Source of the DNA: Octopus sinensis
Lineage: Eukaryota
Assembly: GCF_006345805.1 (NCBI RefSeq)
Contig: NC_043001.1
Location: forward strand, 90,086,001 to 90,150,000
Length of the DNA stretch: 64,000 nucleotides
Direction: 5' to 3'
Shown: positions 50,181-62,770 of the stretch, piece after piece
Layout: each line of letters opens with the position of its first letter
Position numbering within the stretch: the first letter of the stretch is position 1
Position numbers and translations under genes: made by a program
The notes under the pieces: generated by a model
Told to the model about the DNA's origin: nothing
The model's input: only the letters and a program-made list of their open reading frames with translations
Database searches by the model: none

Positions 50181-51109
50181 CTTACGGAGTAATGTGGACT
50201 AACAATAATACTTTATGCCCAAGCTTGTCATGTCCATAAGTGCATCCAACGCTGGCTGGGGTAGGGAAAGCCGAAAATGTATAAAATGGTGAAACGAGGA
50301 ATGACTTAAATGTCGTTGAAAACAACCTACCCCTTTCAGGAATCATTTTGGATAAAAATGAAAAACAATAACATTTTCTGCCCTCCCCTTCCTTCACTAC
50401 TACCACGATCACAATCTTGCCAGCACAAGAAGAGTTACTGCTCATATAAATTAAATAAATATTTATTTAAATATGAAATCTGTTGAAAAAAGATCTGGAA
50501 AGAAGAAGAAAAAAAAAAGAAAAAAGAAAGCAAAACAAGTTCTAAACGAAAATAGCAGCTCGTTCATGAAAAACAAAACAAAAACATAAGTAGACAAAAA
50601 TAAAAAAGATCTCAACAGCTTGTACTTCATTCAAACACCACAGCTGATAACTTAACATGTGTTTTATCATAACTGAAAAGCCTGGTATTATCATGCAACA
50701 CTTAATGAAATAGGGTCAAGCTATTTGATGGTTGCTGGTTGTTATTTACCCCCAAGTCAAACTTGATTATGCAGAAGATTTTTCAAAAACATTTCAGTTG
50801 TCATTGTCATGTACTTTTTGTGTATAACCTGGCTTCATCATCAATAAGGACATCTATTTCCAAACGACCTCGTAGCAAAGACTGCTTCGCGAAGACTGAT
50901 CTTCCTTTTCACGACCAGAACGTAATGCAGTTACGACTATAAAGCCTTTAAAAATCTCAAATGAAGCCCACAATTGAGTGTTGCACCCTCATTTAGGGTG
51001 ATACTGCTGCTGCGCCCCGTCAAGGTGGGGAACCTATACGCCAAGGAAACCGGGAAACCGGCCCTTATGAGCCAGGAATGGCTCGAGAACGAACATAAAA
51101 AACAACCCA

Positions 51110-51500
51110 GACGATTGGTCTAAATCCTCCTTTCTCTCTCTAAATTCAAACACTCTCCCTTGGTCCACAGTGGAGATCACTCCAAATGCTGCTTACTCTG
51201 CAACAATGGCTTGTTGCCCTCGGAGCTGCAGCTTTTGTGAATCTTTATCTAGGCACTCTCTGCTTATTCTACTCCCCTTTTTTTGACCACCTACATCGTG
51301 TAAACTAACCCTATACATTTCACTCAGTCTTTCTTCGGTGTTTCTATCAAATGCCAATTCGCTGCATTTCCCTTGTTGCCAATGTTTTCCTGTACCCGTC
51401 AACTTACAACTGTTCAAAGGGACGATTAACCTCAGCCACCACATTGATCTCTGAGGTCTCTGAATACCATTGACACAGCACCTTATTCCAGAGTGAGCCA
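51110..51500 (-). pseudogene. Decayed RTE-type LINE 3' end
   Basis: ORF 51193-51501 ends VGGQKKGSRISRECLDKDSQKLQL, resembling the RTE C-terminal G(K/R)RxxGRPRxxWxxCxxxDxxxLxL. Confidence 0.45.
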
Positions 51501-51884
51501 ATAAAGGAAAATGTCTTTCATTTAAAACGTTAGGGTGTTATTTGAGAGCGAACTGACGGTTACTTTCTAGCAAGTCAAACCAACGTACAGAGGGTATGTC
51601 ATAGTTGCTACTCTAACAACCGTTCAATCTGACTATTCCATTACCCAGTCTAAGCTTTACTCACCGGATGATTTTTGCTCACTCGTCAATTACACAGCGT
51701 CCTTAGTCACACGCAATACATTAAAACAGCACGTTTCTCCGAACTACTTTTATTTATCCAGAACGATGTATTTATATGATATTGCTAAAGTTCTGATACC
51801 AATCAATTCGCTTTTATAGGTATCAGTAACGTTAAAATTTAAGAGGTGCAATAATATTCCGTTTTTATGGATAGGTGTGAAGGC

Positions 51885-52020
51885 GCGTAATCTGGTGGCT
51901 TGAGTGTTCGGTTCCCGATCAAGTTGTCGTGAGTTCAACTGCCGGATCAAGTGACGCGTTGTGTCCTGGTGCAAAACATTTCATTTCCCATTGCTCCAGT
52001 ATACTCAGCTAAAATTTGAG
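51885..52020 (+). mobile_element. SINE family C head/CORE fragment
   Basis: GAAGGCGCGTAATCTGGTGGCTTGAGTG..GTGAGTTCAACTGCC..GTGTCCTGGTGCAAAACATTTCATTTCCCATTGCTCCAG. Confidence 0.65.
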
Positions 52021-52594
52021 TGCTGGTACAGCGCTCCCTCCCTCCCTCTCCCTCTCTCTCCAGTGGTGCATGCCGCCAGGTCAGAGGGTGGGAGAGTAGA
52101 GAGAGTGTCTACGTCTGTTTATGACTGCAAAGGAACCTACAATAATAAGCGAAAGCATGGTGTATGTTACTTAGCCATACTCGTTCGTGGTTGATGACTG
52201 GCTCTTAAGGACATTAGTCACCGTAAGATGAAATAGCGATAGCGACTCAGTGTCAACCAACAGTTAGAAGTATTCAATATACACCGCTAATAATGGAGAA
52301 ATTGCACGAATGAATAAATTGGGAAAGACATTTTCAAGATATTGGTTGCGGTTGGAAAAAATTCGTTTTTAAATTACAAAAAAAAGAAGAAAAGCACAAA
52401 TCCCCAGATTCATTCAAATTAAACTACGGTTCACATGTAGAGTAATAATTACATTTTCTAAAACACTCGAATATATTAGGGTATTATTCTACGGTAGGTT
52501 TCTTTCTTTAATAGTGTGACACCATGAGACGCTTTATTTCATTGGATATGCTATATTGGCTTGCTTTATATATCTACTCTGTGTGTGTATATGT

Positions 52595-52628
<34 letters not shown>

Positions 52629-53199
52629 TTGTGTGTGTGTTTGTGTGTGTGTATGTTATAGTCCCTTTGTTTGCATATATTCCTACCTGTATAGTTTACA
52701 CCTGTATATTTTAAAGACGTTATTTTCTTCTGTGCTGTTTTTCACTATATCAACTGTTTACTACTTCTCCTGACCTCGATACAGGAGTCTTTCTTACAAT
52801 TTTTTGTTCGCCCCCGCCCTTCTTCCTCTTGTTTTCTTTTCTAATAGACACAAAATATATCTGTAATTTTTATCTTTTTATCATGCTCTAGTACTATACA
52901 ATGGCCTCTTTCCTCTGATACTTATCTCCCCCACTCCACTTCTCATACAACTTATCTTTATCGTGTTCTCATAAACATTTTATAGTTCGAATATTAAAGA
53001 GTCGTCAGAATGTAATGATTTATTGTTTTCCATTCATTTGGCTGTCGAAGTTGGTCCGGTCAATGATTTCTATCCTTGCCTGAGCTGCGTTGTGTTTTTA
53101 TGATCAAAGTATTCAACAAGCTCTGGTCTAGTTACCTAGCTATATATTGGTACCGAAACGAGGTATACCTCACTTCTATTAATATTAGTGGAACGTAGA

Positions 53200-53280
53200 A
53201 GGCGGCGAGATGGCTCTGTCGTTAGCACTCCGGGCAAAATAGCGGCATTTCTTCCGTCTTTACGTTCTGAGTTCAAATAC
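53200..53280 (+). mobile_element. SINE family A head fragment
   Basis: AAGGCGGCGAGATGGC..GTTAGCACTCCGGGCAAAA..TTACGTTCTGAGTTCAAATAC. Confidence 0.7.
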
Positions 53281-53969
53281 GGATACATACGTTTACCAAC
53301 AGTCTAAGCTCGACTAAACTAATTTAGATACATTAAATGAAGACGGATTCTCCAAGTATCAAATGTGCACCCAGACAACTACTTTTTATAGCGAATTTTT
53401 TTTTTTTACAAATACTTTTCAACAGCCTTTTGCTACGATTCAGCGACCCCTCCACCATATTTTTAATGTACGTACACATAATATCAGGCCTAAGTAATTT
53501 TGTTCCGAGTACCAGCTTGCTACCAGTAACTACTTACTACAGTACCTCCCAACTATAACGGAATATTATAAGTATAGATAGTATGTATTCGGTTTTGTTT
53601 ATCTACATATTTACAATTCGAAGTCTCACTGATTCAACGTATATTGCTAGCAGAGATGTCGCTACTATCTCTAGCGTCCGAGCGTCTACCATTGACAAGG
53701 CCAGGAAGGCTGAAATTACGATGACTGGAAGTCTTGGTGGTGGCGATGACGGGGAGTTGTCTCCCGCTAGCGATGTAAACAAACGTGCTTATATGCACTA
53801 AAAGCCAATATCAGAGTTTATCTCATAGTGACTATAGCAGTATGCTGTTTTCTAACACGACATTCACTTTTAAGCGGGAATAAGTATTACCTCTATTATT
53901 GTTGTTGATACTGTCATTATTATCTTTGTTGCTGTGATTACGGCTAACATGCAGTTAATTTTATTTTTT

Positions 53970-54360
53970 CTTTCTAATTTTGGCACAAGGCTGGCAATTG
54001 TTAGGTGAGAGTGGAGTCGATTACATCGACCCCAGTGCTTAACTGATACTTAATTTATCAACCGCCAATGAATAAAAGGCCAAGTCACCTTCGGTGGAAT
54101 TTGAAGCCAGGACACAAAGAACCGGAAGAAATGCTGCTAAGCATTTTGCCAGCTCGTCATCTTGCAGTCTATCATAATATCTTTTCTACGATAAGCACAA
54201 AGCTTGAAATTTTAGGAGGAAGTGACTTGCCGATTACATTGACCCCCATTGTATCAACTGGTACGTATTTTATCGACCCCGAAAGGATGAAAGGTGAAGT
54301 CAACCTCGGTGGAATTTGAACTCAAAACGTAAAGATGGACGAAATACTGCTAAGCATTTA
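53970..54360 (-). mobile_element. Two adjacent diverged SINE family A copies
   Basis: B boxes GGAATTTGAAGCC (about 54096) and GGAATTTGAACTC (about 54311), with CCCCGAAAGGATGAAAGG body. Confidence 0.78.
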
Positions 54361-54429
54361 AAATAACGAAAACACTTGACGAAAGAAAAAGCATAAAGAA
54401 GAAAAGAAAGATTCTTAAGGTGCATCTAA

Positions 54430-54745
54430 TGCCTCCTTTTTCTATGGCAGTCATAAATCCACTTGCTTGTATGATTCGGGAGCGTCAGCTTAAACTGTTT
54501 GGTCATGTTGCTTGATTTTCCAAGTTGGATCCTGCGTACCGTGTTCACTTCTCTGAAGATCTGGCTGGGGTGACGGCTCGTGTTGGTCGACAACGTATTC
54601 CATATTTACGGTGGATGAGGAAGTATTTTATGGAGATGGGAACTATCTAGGAAAGTGCTGGGAGGGTTGCTCGGAACGACACGTGTAGATACTGATAAAT
54701 GGTGAATGTAACGACGCACTGCAATGGCGCATGTCCTCCTGCTTG
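54430..54745 (+). pseudogene. Decayed RTE-clade LINE ORF C-terminus and 3' end
   Basis: Manual translation MIRERQLKLFGHVA*FSKLDPAYRV..GRQRIPYLRWMRKYFMEMG matches RTE IRxRQLRxFGHVAR..DPAxR..GRP..W. Confidence 0.7.
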
Positions 54746-54899
54746 ACCTTGGTACTAGGCATCGACTAAAATATGATTATATCAAGTACTTCCTAAAGTT
54801 TAGTTACATGACAACCTTATTAAAACCAAGCGATTGTTGTGAAAGAGTATGGCTTGGCAACATGTACTATGCTTTAGTTAATTGTTTTAGGTGCCTATA

Positions 54900-55385
54900 T
54901 TTGCGCGGAGTTGCACCACCACTCAGTTGCTACACATTTGCAGCCGAGTTGACAGGAGCAACGCCAAATAAAGTGTCCTGCACAAGGACACAGTGCGAGG
55001 TGTAGTCAAGGAATTAACTCACGACATTATGATTGTGAGTTGATCTCCCTTAGCCATTAACCGTGAAGACGCGTGACCTTGTGATTAGAATATTCAGCTC
55101 ACAATTGTAAGGTCGTGAGTTCGGTTCCTGGCGGCACGTTGTCTTTGAGCAAGAGACTTTATTTCACGTTGCTCCAGTCCATTCAGCTGGCAAAAATGAG
55201 TTGTTTCTGTAATTCGATGGCCCGGCCTTGTTACATTTTGTCTCACGCTGAATCTCCCCGAGAACTACGTTAACAGTCGTGTGTTTGTGTCTGAGGAGTG
55301 CTCAGTCACTTACACGTTAATTACACGAACAGGCTGTTCTGTTGATCGGATCAACTGGAATCCTTCCCGTCGTAACGGACTGAAT
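54900..55385. mobile_element. Back-to-back pair of family C-type SINEs: minus copy ~54900-55063, plus copy ~55065-55385 with an alternative 3' tail
   Basis: Both carry GTGAGTT(C/A) B boxes and (GT)CCTT(G)..GCA.GACACTTTATTT CORE-like segments and point away from each other with almost no spacer. Confidence 0.7.
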
Positions 55386-56808
55386 GCTACTTAGTTAACC
55401 CTTAGGCCACGTGCCTTCATTCAGAAGACAAACTATTATGTTTATGATTCGACCGAGTTTAAAGCTAGCGAGCATCTGTTGCCGCTGCTGCCGCCGCTGC
55501 TACTGCCGCTGAGGTGTTGGGCTGCGTTTTGTTGGCTAAAGATTCGGAGGTTCGTATTTTGTTGCTGGAGACTCGTTGTGTGAAAGGAAGTAACACTAGA
55601 GCAACTAATCACAATAAAGGTTGTTGCCGCTGTTGTTGTTGAGCGAAGCGGTCTTCGTCCCAGAGCTCGCAGTGGGAGAAGTCCGAAACGTGGTCCTTTG
55701 CTATTCGTAAGACCTGCAGAAGAGAAAGCAGGTCAACCCCGACACCGGATGACTTTAATCAAAGAGAGGTTGTGATTTAAGTGAGAGTTGGTTGTTTATT
55801 TTGTAGAAGTTTTCTCTTCGTAGGGATTTTCTCGTATGTTTGTTGTGAGTCCTATATGATGACAAAATGTCTCACTAAATACACACGTTACATTGAATAA
55901 GCAAAAGTAATGCACTAGCTTCCATTTCTACGTTCAAATCTACCCGTGAGCTAAAAGAATAAAACCAACTCAGTTGACCAATATTCTTATTTGTGGAAGA
56001 TCTTTTCAAATATTTAATACTGAAAGTTGAGCCAAAGCCAAGATTCCTTTCAACACCCTTGAATTAGTACAACGATCATTAATTTAAAGGCAGACGATGT
56101 ATATCCGAGATTCTGTTGTGAAATATCCTTCTTTGACTGGTCAAACTATATGCAAGTTCTGTGTTGACTGGTTCAGTAGTATACCTAAGTAGGTCATACA
56201 CCAATTAGCTAATTACTATAATTAATTAAACAATACAGTCCAATTAAATACGACCAGATTACTCTGTAATGTTTTACAGCAATTAATTGGTTAAACAAAT
56301 CAAATAGCAAGAGTAGGGGAAAAAATGAATGTTTCTGTGTGTCTGTATGAGCGTGTGTGTATGCATGTGTGTGTGTGTGAGAGAGAGAGAGAGTGTGTAT
56401 GAGTGCATATGTATGTGTATGTGTGTGCATCCGCAAGTATTATGTTTTAGTGTCTTCCAGGAATAAAGCATTCATTTGGAAGAAATGGCAAAACATTGGA
56501 ATAAATGGAAATCATAAACAAAAGAAAATATGTTTGTGTAACCTTTGATGGAATAAAGCTGGAACAGCGCTGGAAAGGTTATTTGAAAATTCTTTCCTCA
56601 GCACAAGAACAGTTCTGTTAGGTGCCCTCATCAAACTAAATATCTCACAATGTTCTCCACATTATTTTTGCGACGTTGTTTTCGGACACACACACAAACA
56701 TGTTTAATAATTTGTTTTGTAACAACTAAATACGAAATAGATAAAACTATAAATCAATGGTTCCCAACCCTGAGTTTTCCCATGGACCCCTTTTAATGTG
56801 TTTATCCT

Positions 56809-56877
<69 letters not shown>

Positions 56878-56903
56878 CATACGTACACACACACACACAC
56901 ACA

Positions 56904-56946
<43 letters not shown>

Positions 56947-57959
56947 ATTATTAATATTAGGGAAGTTATTTCCGAGTCCACAGGGTAGAGAAATTCAATT
57001 TAGTGGTACTAAAATGAATTCCTCGCTGTATTATATACATATATATATAAATAAGTTTAAGAGACAGAACCACATTCAAGCAACTCAGACAACATTGAAC
57101 GATATTATCTATGACAGAGATATATAAGATTAACTTTTATCAAAATTAATATCTATAATTACTATTCTGAATCATATATTAAATTCTATAGCCCATATAT
57201 CTATCGGTATTGCTGAAATAGGTCTCGAAATTCAATACCATATCAATCCAACTATACTACCAATCTTCAGGTCTGGATTATATAAAACTATTTTGCTATT
57301 TACATCATATATAAAGAAAACCATCAACATAACCAGGCTTTTACATTTCTATAATCTTCTATAGTCAGTAGTTAGATATCCCAGTGCATATATCAAAATA
57401 ATAGGTACAAATAAAAAAAAGTCAATAACCCGGATACAATAGCTGTGAGTTCTGTATCAGCTAGTAATATATATAGGTGTGTGCCATGCGTATGTGGGAC
57501 ATTTGCAACGGTTTAGCAACTGATATTTTCGAAATACATAACTTTTGCTCTATTGAAAAGTACCAAATGATTGCCACGGATTGCTGTTGCATTAGTATGT
57601 ATTAGTTCAATGTTCCATTTATATTCGTTATTCTTTTAACATTTTAGATACATCCTGTTTCTGATGTGGCTCTGATATGTCTATCAGGACAATCCTCTCT
57701 GCTGATAACATCAAATCGTGTCTCATGGAGAGGCAAAAATTATGCACATTTATACCCGTTTTTGAATAGCTGCTGCTGATATGGCTGGAATCTTCCACAC
57801 TGTGGATAATCGTTAGTTTTGTACGCTACAGTTTCTTTTGCAACGTGGAGATTAAGTGACATTCTTATCTTTTTTATCGATCAACTCTCCTTTCTGTCTC
57901 TTTCTCTTTCTCTCTCCCCCCCTCTCTCTCTGCATATGCATATATATATATATATATAT

Positions 57960-58320
57960 AAAATATAAGGATAAAAATCTCTATAAGAATTTATCAAGTA
58001 GCCGGCGTGAAAATCCAGTTTAGGAAAAAATTAAATCGAAGTATATAATTATTCCTTTCAATAAAAATACATTAATCATATTAAGGACTACTACTATATG
58101 CAAATGTCTACACTTCAGTAAATATGCATATAATATATATATATATAAAATATAAGGATAAAAATCTCTATAAGAATTTATCAAGTAGCCGGCGTGAAAA
58201 TCCAGTTTAGGAAAAAATTAAATCGAAGTATATAATTATTCCTTTCAATAAAAATACATTAATCATATTAAGGACTACTACTATATGCAAATGTCTACAC
58301 TTCAGTAAATATGCATATAA
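57960..58320. repeat. Perfect tandem duplication, period 187 bp
   Basis: 57960-58133 is identical to 58147-58320 by eye; the boundaries fall in ATGCATATA(TA)n. Confidence 0.9.
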
Positions 58321-58406
58321 ATATTTATTGAAGCAGTTTTAACTTTAGAGTCCCATTACAGCGTGAGGCGTTTGCTTATAGCTATAGCCTTTAATATAAT
58401 TAATAT

Positions 58407-58978
58407 GTGTACTGGGAGCTTTATTTAGGACAACGGCTGTTTCGGCTTACTTCTGCACTGGTCCCTAGCGGGTGGGGAACGATGTAAAAGAATTAAACGC
58501 ACCTCATAGTGCAGAAGAAACCTCCTAAATCCATATGAAGCGGTTCAGTGTTATAATATATACATTTCGCTAATAGTTGTGGCAAGATGATGTTGGTATC
58601 ATATGCATGTTAGTAGTTCACCAATAGAATAATGAGGTAGGGTTTGTGGTTTATATTTAGGGAGTGATTGTTAAAGAATAAGAAAAATAAATGTAAAAAA
58701 ATAGATGTGATGGTTAGAATAGTTTTTGAATGAATATACATCCTGAATATACAGCACACAAACTCTGCCTCATTAATCTATTGGTGAACTACTAACACAC
58801 ATATGATACCAACATCATTTTGCCACACATAGTGAAATGTACATCTTATAATACGGTTTTATGTGCCTGAGGACGTTTCTTCTGCACTATGGGGTGCATT
58901 CGATTCTATTACATCGTTCCTTGCCCATGTAGACGTAAGCCGAAACGATTGTTGTCCTAAATAAAGCTTCCAGTACAC
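58407..58978. repeat. ~250-bp-arm imperfect inverted repeat built from two PLE-like termini, each with a hammerhead-like motif and AATAAA
   Basis: The reverse complement of 58741-58978 aligns with 58407-58663 throughout, with a ~77-nt spacer. The right arm has CTGAGGA (58867) ... CGAAAC-GATT-GTT-GTCC-TAAATAAA (58941-58965). Confidence 0.8.
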
Positions 58979-59004
58979 TCTGTCTTCCGTATTAATCATT
59001 AAGA

Positions 59005-59936
59005 ATACATTCTTGCATTATCATGTTGGAAAACAACACCCCTCCTGTTGGCCAATTCTCGACGTTTCTCTTGAATTTCTGCTTTTAACTCATCCTGTTG
59101 TGTGCAGTATTTCTCAGAATTAATTGTCTGGTTACTTGGGAGAAGCTCATAGTACAGAATTCCTTTCCAATCCCACCGGACACAAAGCAAGACTTTTTTA
59201 GGGTGAAGACCTGCTTTTGTGGTGGCTAAGGGTGGCTCATGCTGCTTACTCCAGGATCGCTTTCTCTGAACATTTCGGTAGATAATCCATTTCTCATCAC
59301 CTGTCACAATTTGCTTTTAAAAAGGCGCGTTTTCATTCCGTTTATAAAGCGAATCACAGATGGAAATGAGATCCAAAAGGTTCTTCTCACTCAACTCATG
59401 TGGTACCCAAATGTCGTTGCGATTTGTGTACTCAAGCTTTACCAGGTGCTCATGAATGACGGATTTTGATAGGTTGAAGCTTTCTGTCAATTCTCGGGTT
59501 GTGCAATGTGGGTTATTCTCAATTAATGACTTGATTTGGTCATCATCTGTAGTGGATGGTCTGTCTGATCGCTCTTTATCAATATGGCTATAATATCCAG
59601 CTCGGAACCTTGCGAACCACTTCCGTACAGTTCTTTCGGATAAAGAAATATCACCGTAAACTGCGCATATTTCTTTGGTTGCTTGTGAAGCATTTTTTCC
59701 TTTTCGGAAAAGGAAAAGCATCTAGTGCCGAAAATGAAATTTCTTATCTTCCATTTTAAAGGGTTACAGAATTAACACATGTTATAGGAACATAAACCTT
59801 CTTTCACGAAAAGATAGCTTAAACTGTGCTCTAAATGCAGGTGTAGTCAAATCCTATTTTATGGATTCAACCATGTTCTAAAATAAGTCGAAAGGTAAGC
59901 TACTATAAATCGGCATGAACTTTCCGGACAACCCAA
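59005..59936 (-). mobile_element. mariner transposon (mellifera/Mos1-like), 3'-truncated, frameshifted transposase
   Basis: 5' TIR TA|TTGGGTTGTCCGGAAAGTTCATGCCG (59938 leftwards). ORFs 59317-59721 (KGKNASQATKEICAVYG..WVPHELSEKN) and 58999-59307 (TGDEKWIIY..HPKKVLLCVRWD..FQHDNAR). The YSPDLAP region and the second TIR are missing. Confidence 0.93.
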
Positions 59937-59939
59937 TAC

Positions 59940-60282
59940 ATATGCATGCATGTATGTATGTATGTATGTGTGTATGTATGTATGTATGTATGTATGTATG
60001 TATGTATGTGTATGTATGTATATGTGTGTGTGTGGGTGGGTGGGTGTACGCATGGATGGATGTTTGGTTGGCTGGCTGGCTGGATGTTCAGTTTTATTTC
60101 AAGATTTCTCGCCAATAGAGAAACAGCCGGTTTCTAACCCAGATCATTGGAATTTCAACATCAACATTAGGATATTTTTGTTTCTGTGTATGTATGCATG
60201 TATGTATGTATGTATGTATGTATGTATGTATGTATGTATGTATGTATGCATGTATGTATGTATGTATGTATGTATGTATATG
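59940..60282. repeat. (TATG)n/(TG)n microsatellite blocks
   Basis: Read directly. Confidence 0.9.
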
Positions 60283-60384
60283 TGCAGATTTGTAAGTTTT
60301 GTTTTATGTATGTATTCTCATGCATATAGTTGCATATCTAGACATACTCATATATACTTAAATGATAAACTCCCAGACAACCCT

Positions 60385-60560
60385 AGTTAAGCCAACTTTG
60401 CTCTAGATGGGTCGGTACCTATCCTTTTGCTCTAATAATATGTATAAAATTGAAGGTGTATCTTGGGTAGAGGATTTGCAAATTCTTTATCAACGATTCA
60501 TAGACTTTTTCTTTCTCTAACATTTTGCTGATCACACTGTTGTTCGGATTGCTTATGTAC
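60385..60560 (-). pseudogene. Relic of a restriction-like-endonuclease (RLE) non-LTR retrotransposon C-terminus
   Basis: ORF 60419-60616 contains KMLEKEKVYESLIKNLQILYPRYTFNFIHIIRAKG*VP, resembling the RLE motif K..EK..KY..L...L..LY......PIIxGAxGxVP of R4/Dong/NeSL-type elements. Confidence 0.5.
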
Positions 60561-61263
60561 GCACGCGCGCACGTGTTTGTGTGTGTGTGAGCGTGTGCAT
60601 GTGTGCGTACGTACATATTTTGTGTATGTAAACATATGTATATGTGTCTATGTATATTATATAACGTATATTATATATATATTTATATCGCGGGGAAATC
60701 CACATATTTACGTAATCCTTAAGATAAATACATGCTATAGCCGATTAATAGATAGTACTATAGAATTATGTCGTCATAGCTCATCTTTGCCTCGACCTTG
60801 GTCCACTTTCAAATTAGCTTCCTTCACTCGTTAATTAGACAGAGCGTTTCATTTCCATAATTTCCGTTAGATTCCTTTGATCTTCCGTCAGCACTGATAT
60901 GCTTGTTTAAATATTAAACTGAAAGCGATTTCATCGATCGAAAACTCCTCAAAAGAAAAAAAAATTTAAATAAAAAAAAATCTTTTGAATCATCAGTTTT
61001 CATCTCTGACTTGTTTTTTACGCTTTAGTCTGAGAAAATATAGCAATGTCAGTAACATTTTTGCAAAGGATTGAAAGATCAAGAAAAAAAGTGGAAGTCT
61101 TGACTCAAGTGTTAATGCACCCCACCCCCGCCCCAATATATTAAGATAAGGATTTAACTGAAGACCGGGGTTTGGGATTGAATGCTTCCAGAGACTGGAT
61201 GGAAGTGGTGTTAAACCGAAAGACGTATTAATATTTTAGCATTCAAACTAGTAATAACTGGCC

Positions 61264-61748
<485 letters not shown>

Positions 61749-61999
61749 ATCACATCATCGAAATCTTAAAGCTAAGAAAAAACGTATGAATAATTCAAAG
61801 CAATGTGAATAAATAAGCATTGCATTTAACAGAGTAATACAAAATAGTTTAGTCAATCATTCGAATATGGAAGCAGTCCGACAGGCTTCGACATATTTTA
61901 TTCTTCTCAAGTTTTCTCGCAAAGTTTGGCTTGATCTGGGGCCATCAGAGATGAAGATACTTACCCAAGGTGTCAATGATTACCTATTCACGCTCGTTG

Positions 62000-62510
62000 A
62001 TTTATCGTTGTCTTTTATGTTTTACTTGTTTCAGCCATTGGATCCCAGTACTTATTTTTCAAGTCTGCTACTTATTCTAGCGATCATTTTGCTGTAAACA
62101 AACCAACACCGTTTGTCAAGCGGTGGAGGTGTGGATAAACGCAAAGACACATGCACATATAAATAGCAAGGATCATAAGGCCGGTTTACCTGATTCTTTG
62201 GCGTATGTATTTCCCCTTCGACAGGAGGCCGGTCCCTAGTAGGATCACTCATTTTGCCTGCACAATGGACCAGAGCTACGTGAAATTCTGAGTGGAAGAG
62301 CCAAATCACTAAGCCAGGCGCCTCCACACATACATATATAATTATATATACAATGGGTTTCCTCACGATTACCCTCTTCGAAATTCATTTACAAGGCTTT
62401 GGTGTATCCGAGTTACAGTAAGAGATACGTGTCCAAGCTGTCGCGCTGTGAGACTGAACTCAAAGCCAAGTAGTTGTAAAGTGAGTTTTTTTAACCACAT
62501 AGCCAAACCC
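62000..62510 (-). mobile_element. Diverged family B copy with a nested family C-like fragment (~62190-62330)
   Basis: TTTTACTTGTTTCAGCCATT..ACACCGTTTGTCAAGCG..ACAAGGCTTTGG..GAGACTGAACTC..TTAACCACATAGCC. Confidence 0.55.
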
Positions 62511-62552
62511 GCGTCTACCCGTTTTCTTTTTAATATTGTCTGTTTGCTAAAC

Positions 62553-62770
62553 GCGGCGAGCTGGCAGAATCATTAGCCAGGAAAAATGCTTAGTTGTATT
62601 TCATCCGTCTTTACGTTCTGTATTCAAATTCCGCTTAGGTCGACTTTCCCTTTCATAATTTCGAGGTCGATAAAATAAGTGCCAGTTGAACATTGGCGGG
62701 GGTCGATGCAACCGACTTATTCCCTTCCATGAAACTGCTGTCCTAGAGCTAAAACTTGAAACCAATATTG
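62553..62770 (+). mobile_element. SINE family A, diverged
   Basis: GCGGCGAGCTGGCAGAATCATTAGC..TTACGTTCTGTATTCAAATTCCGC..GGTCGACTTTCCCTTTCATAATTTCGAGGTCGATAAAATAAG. Confidence 0.8.

Noticed and set aside
56755-56800. hAT/Charlie-like start CAATGGTTCCCAACC (and a similar one at 34742)
   Set aside because: No matching second terminus or 8-bp TSD was found; too short to call.
57040-57120. GIY-YIG-like phrase ISLRDRTTFKQLRQH
   Set aside because: Too short, in AT-rich context and without the other GIY-YIG residues.
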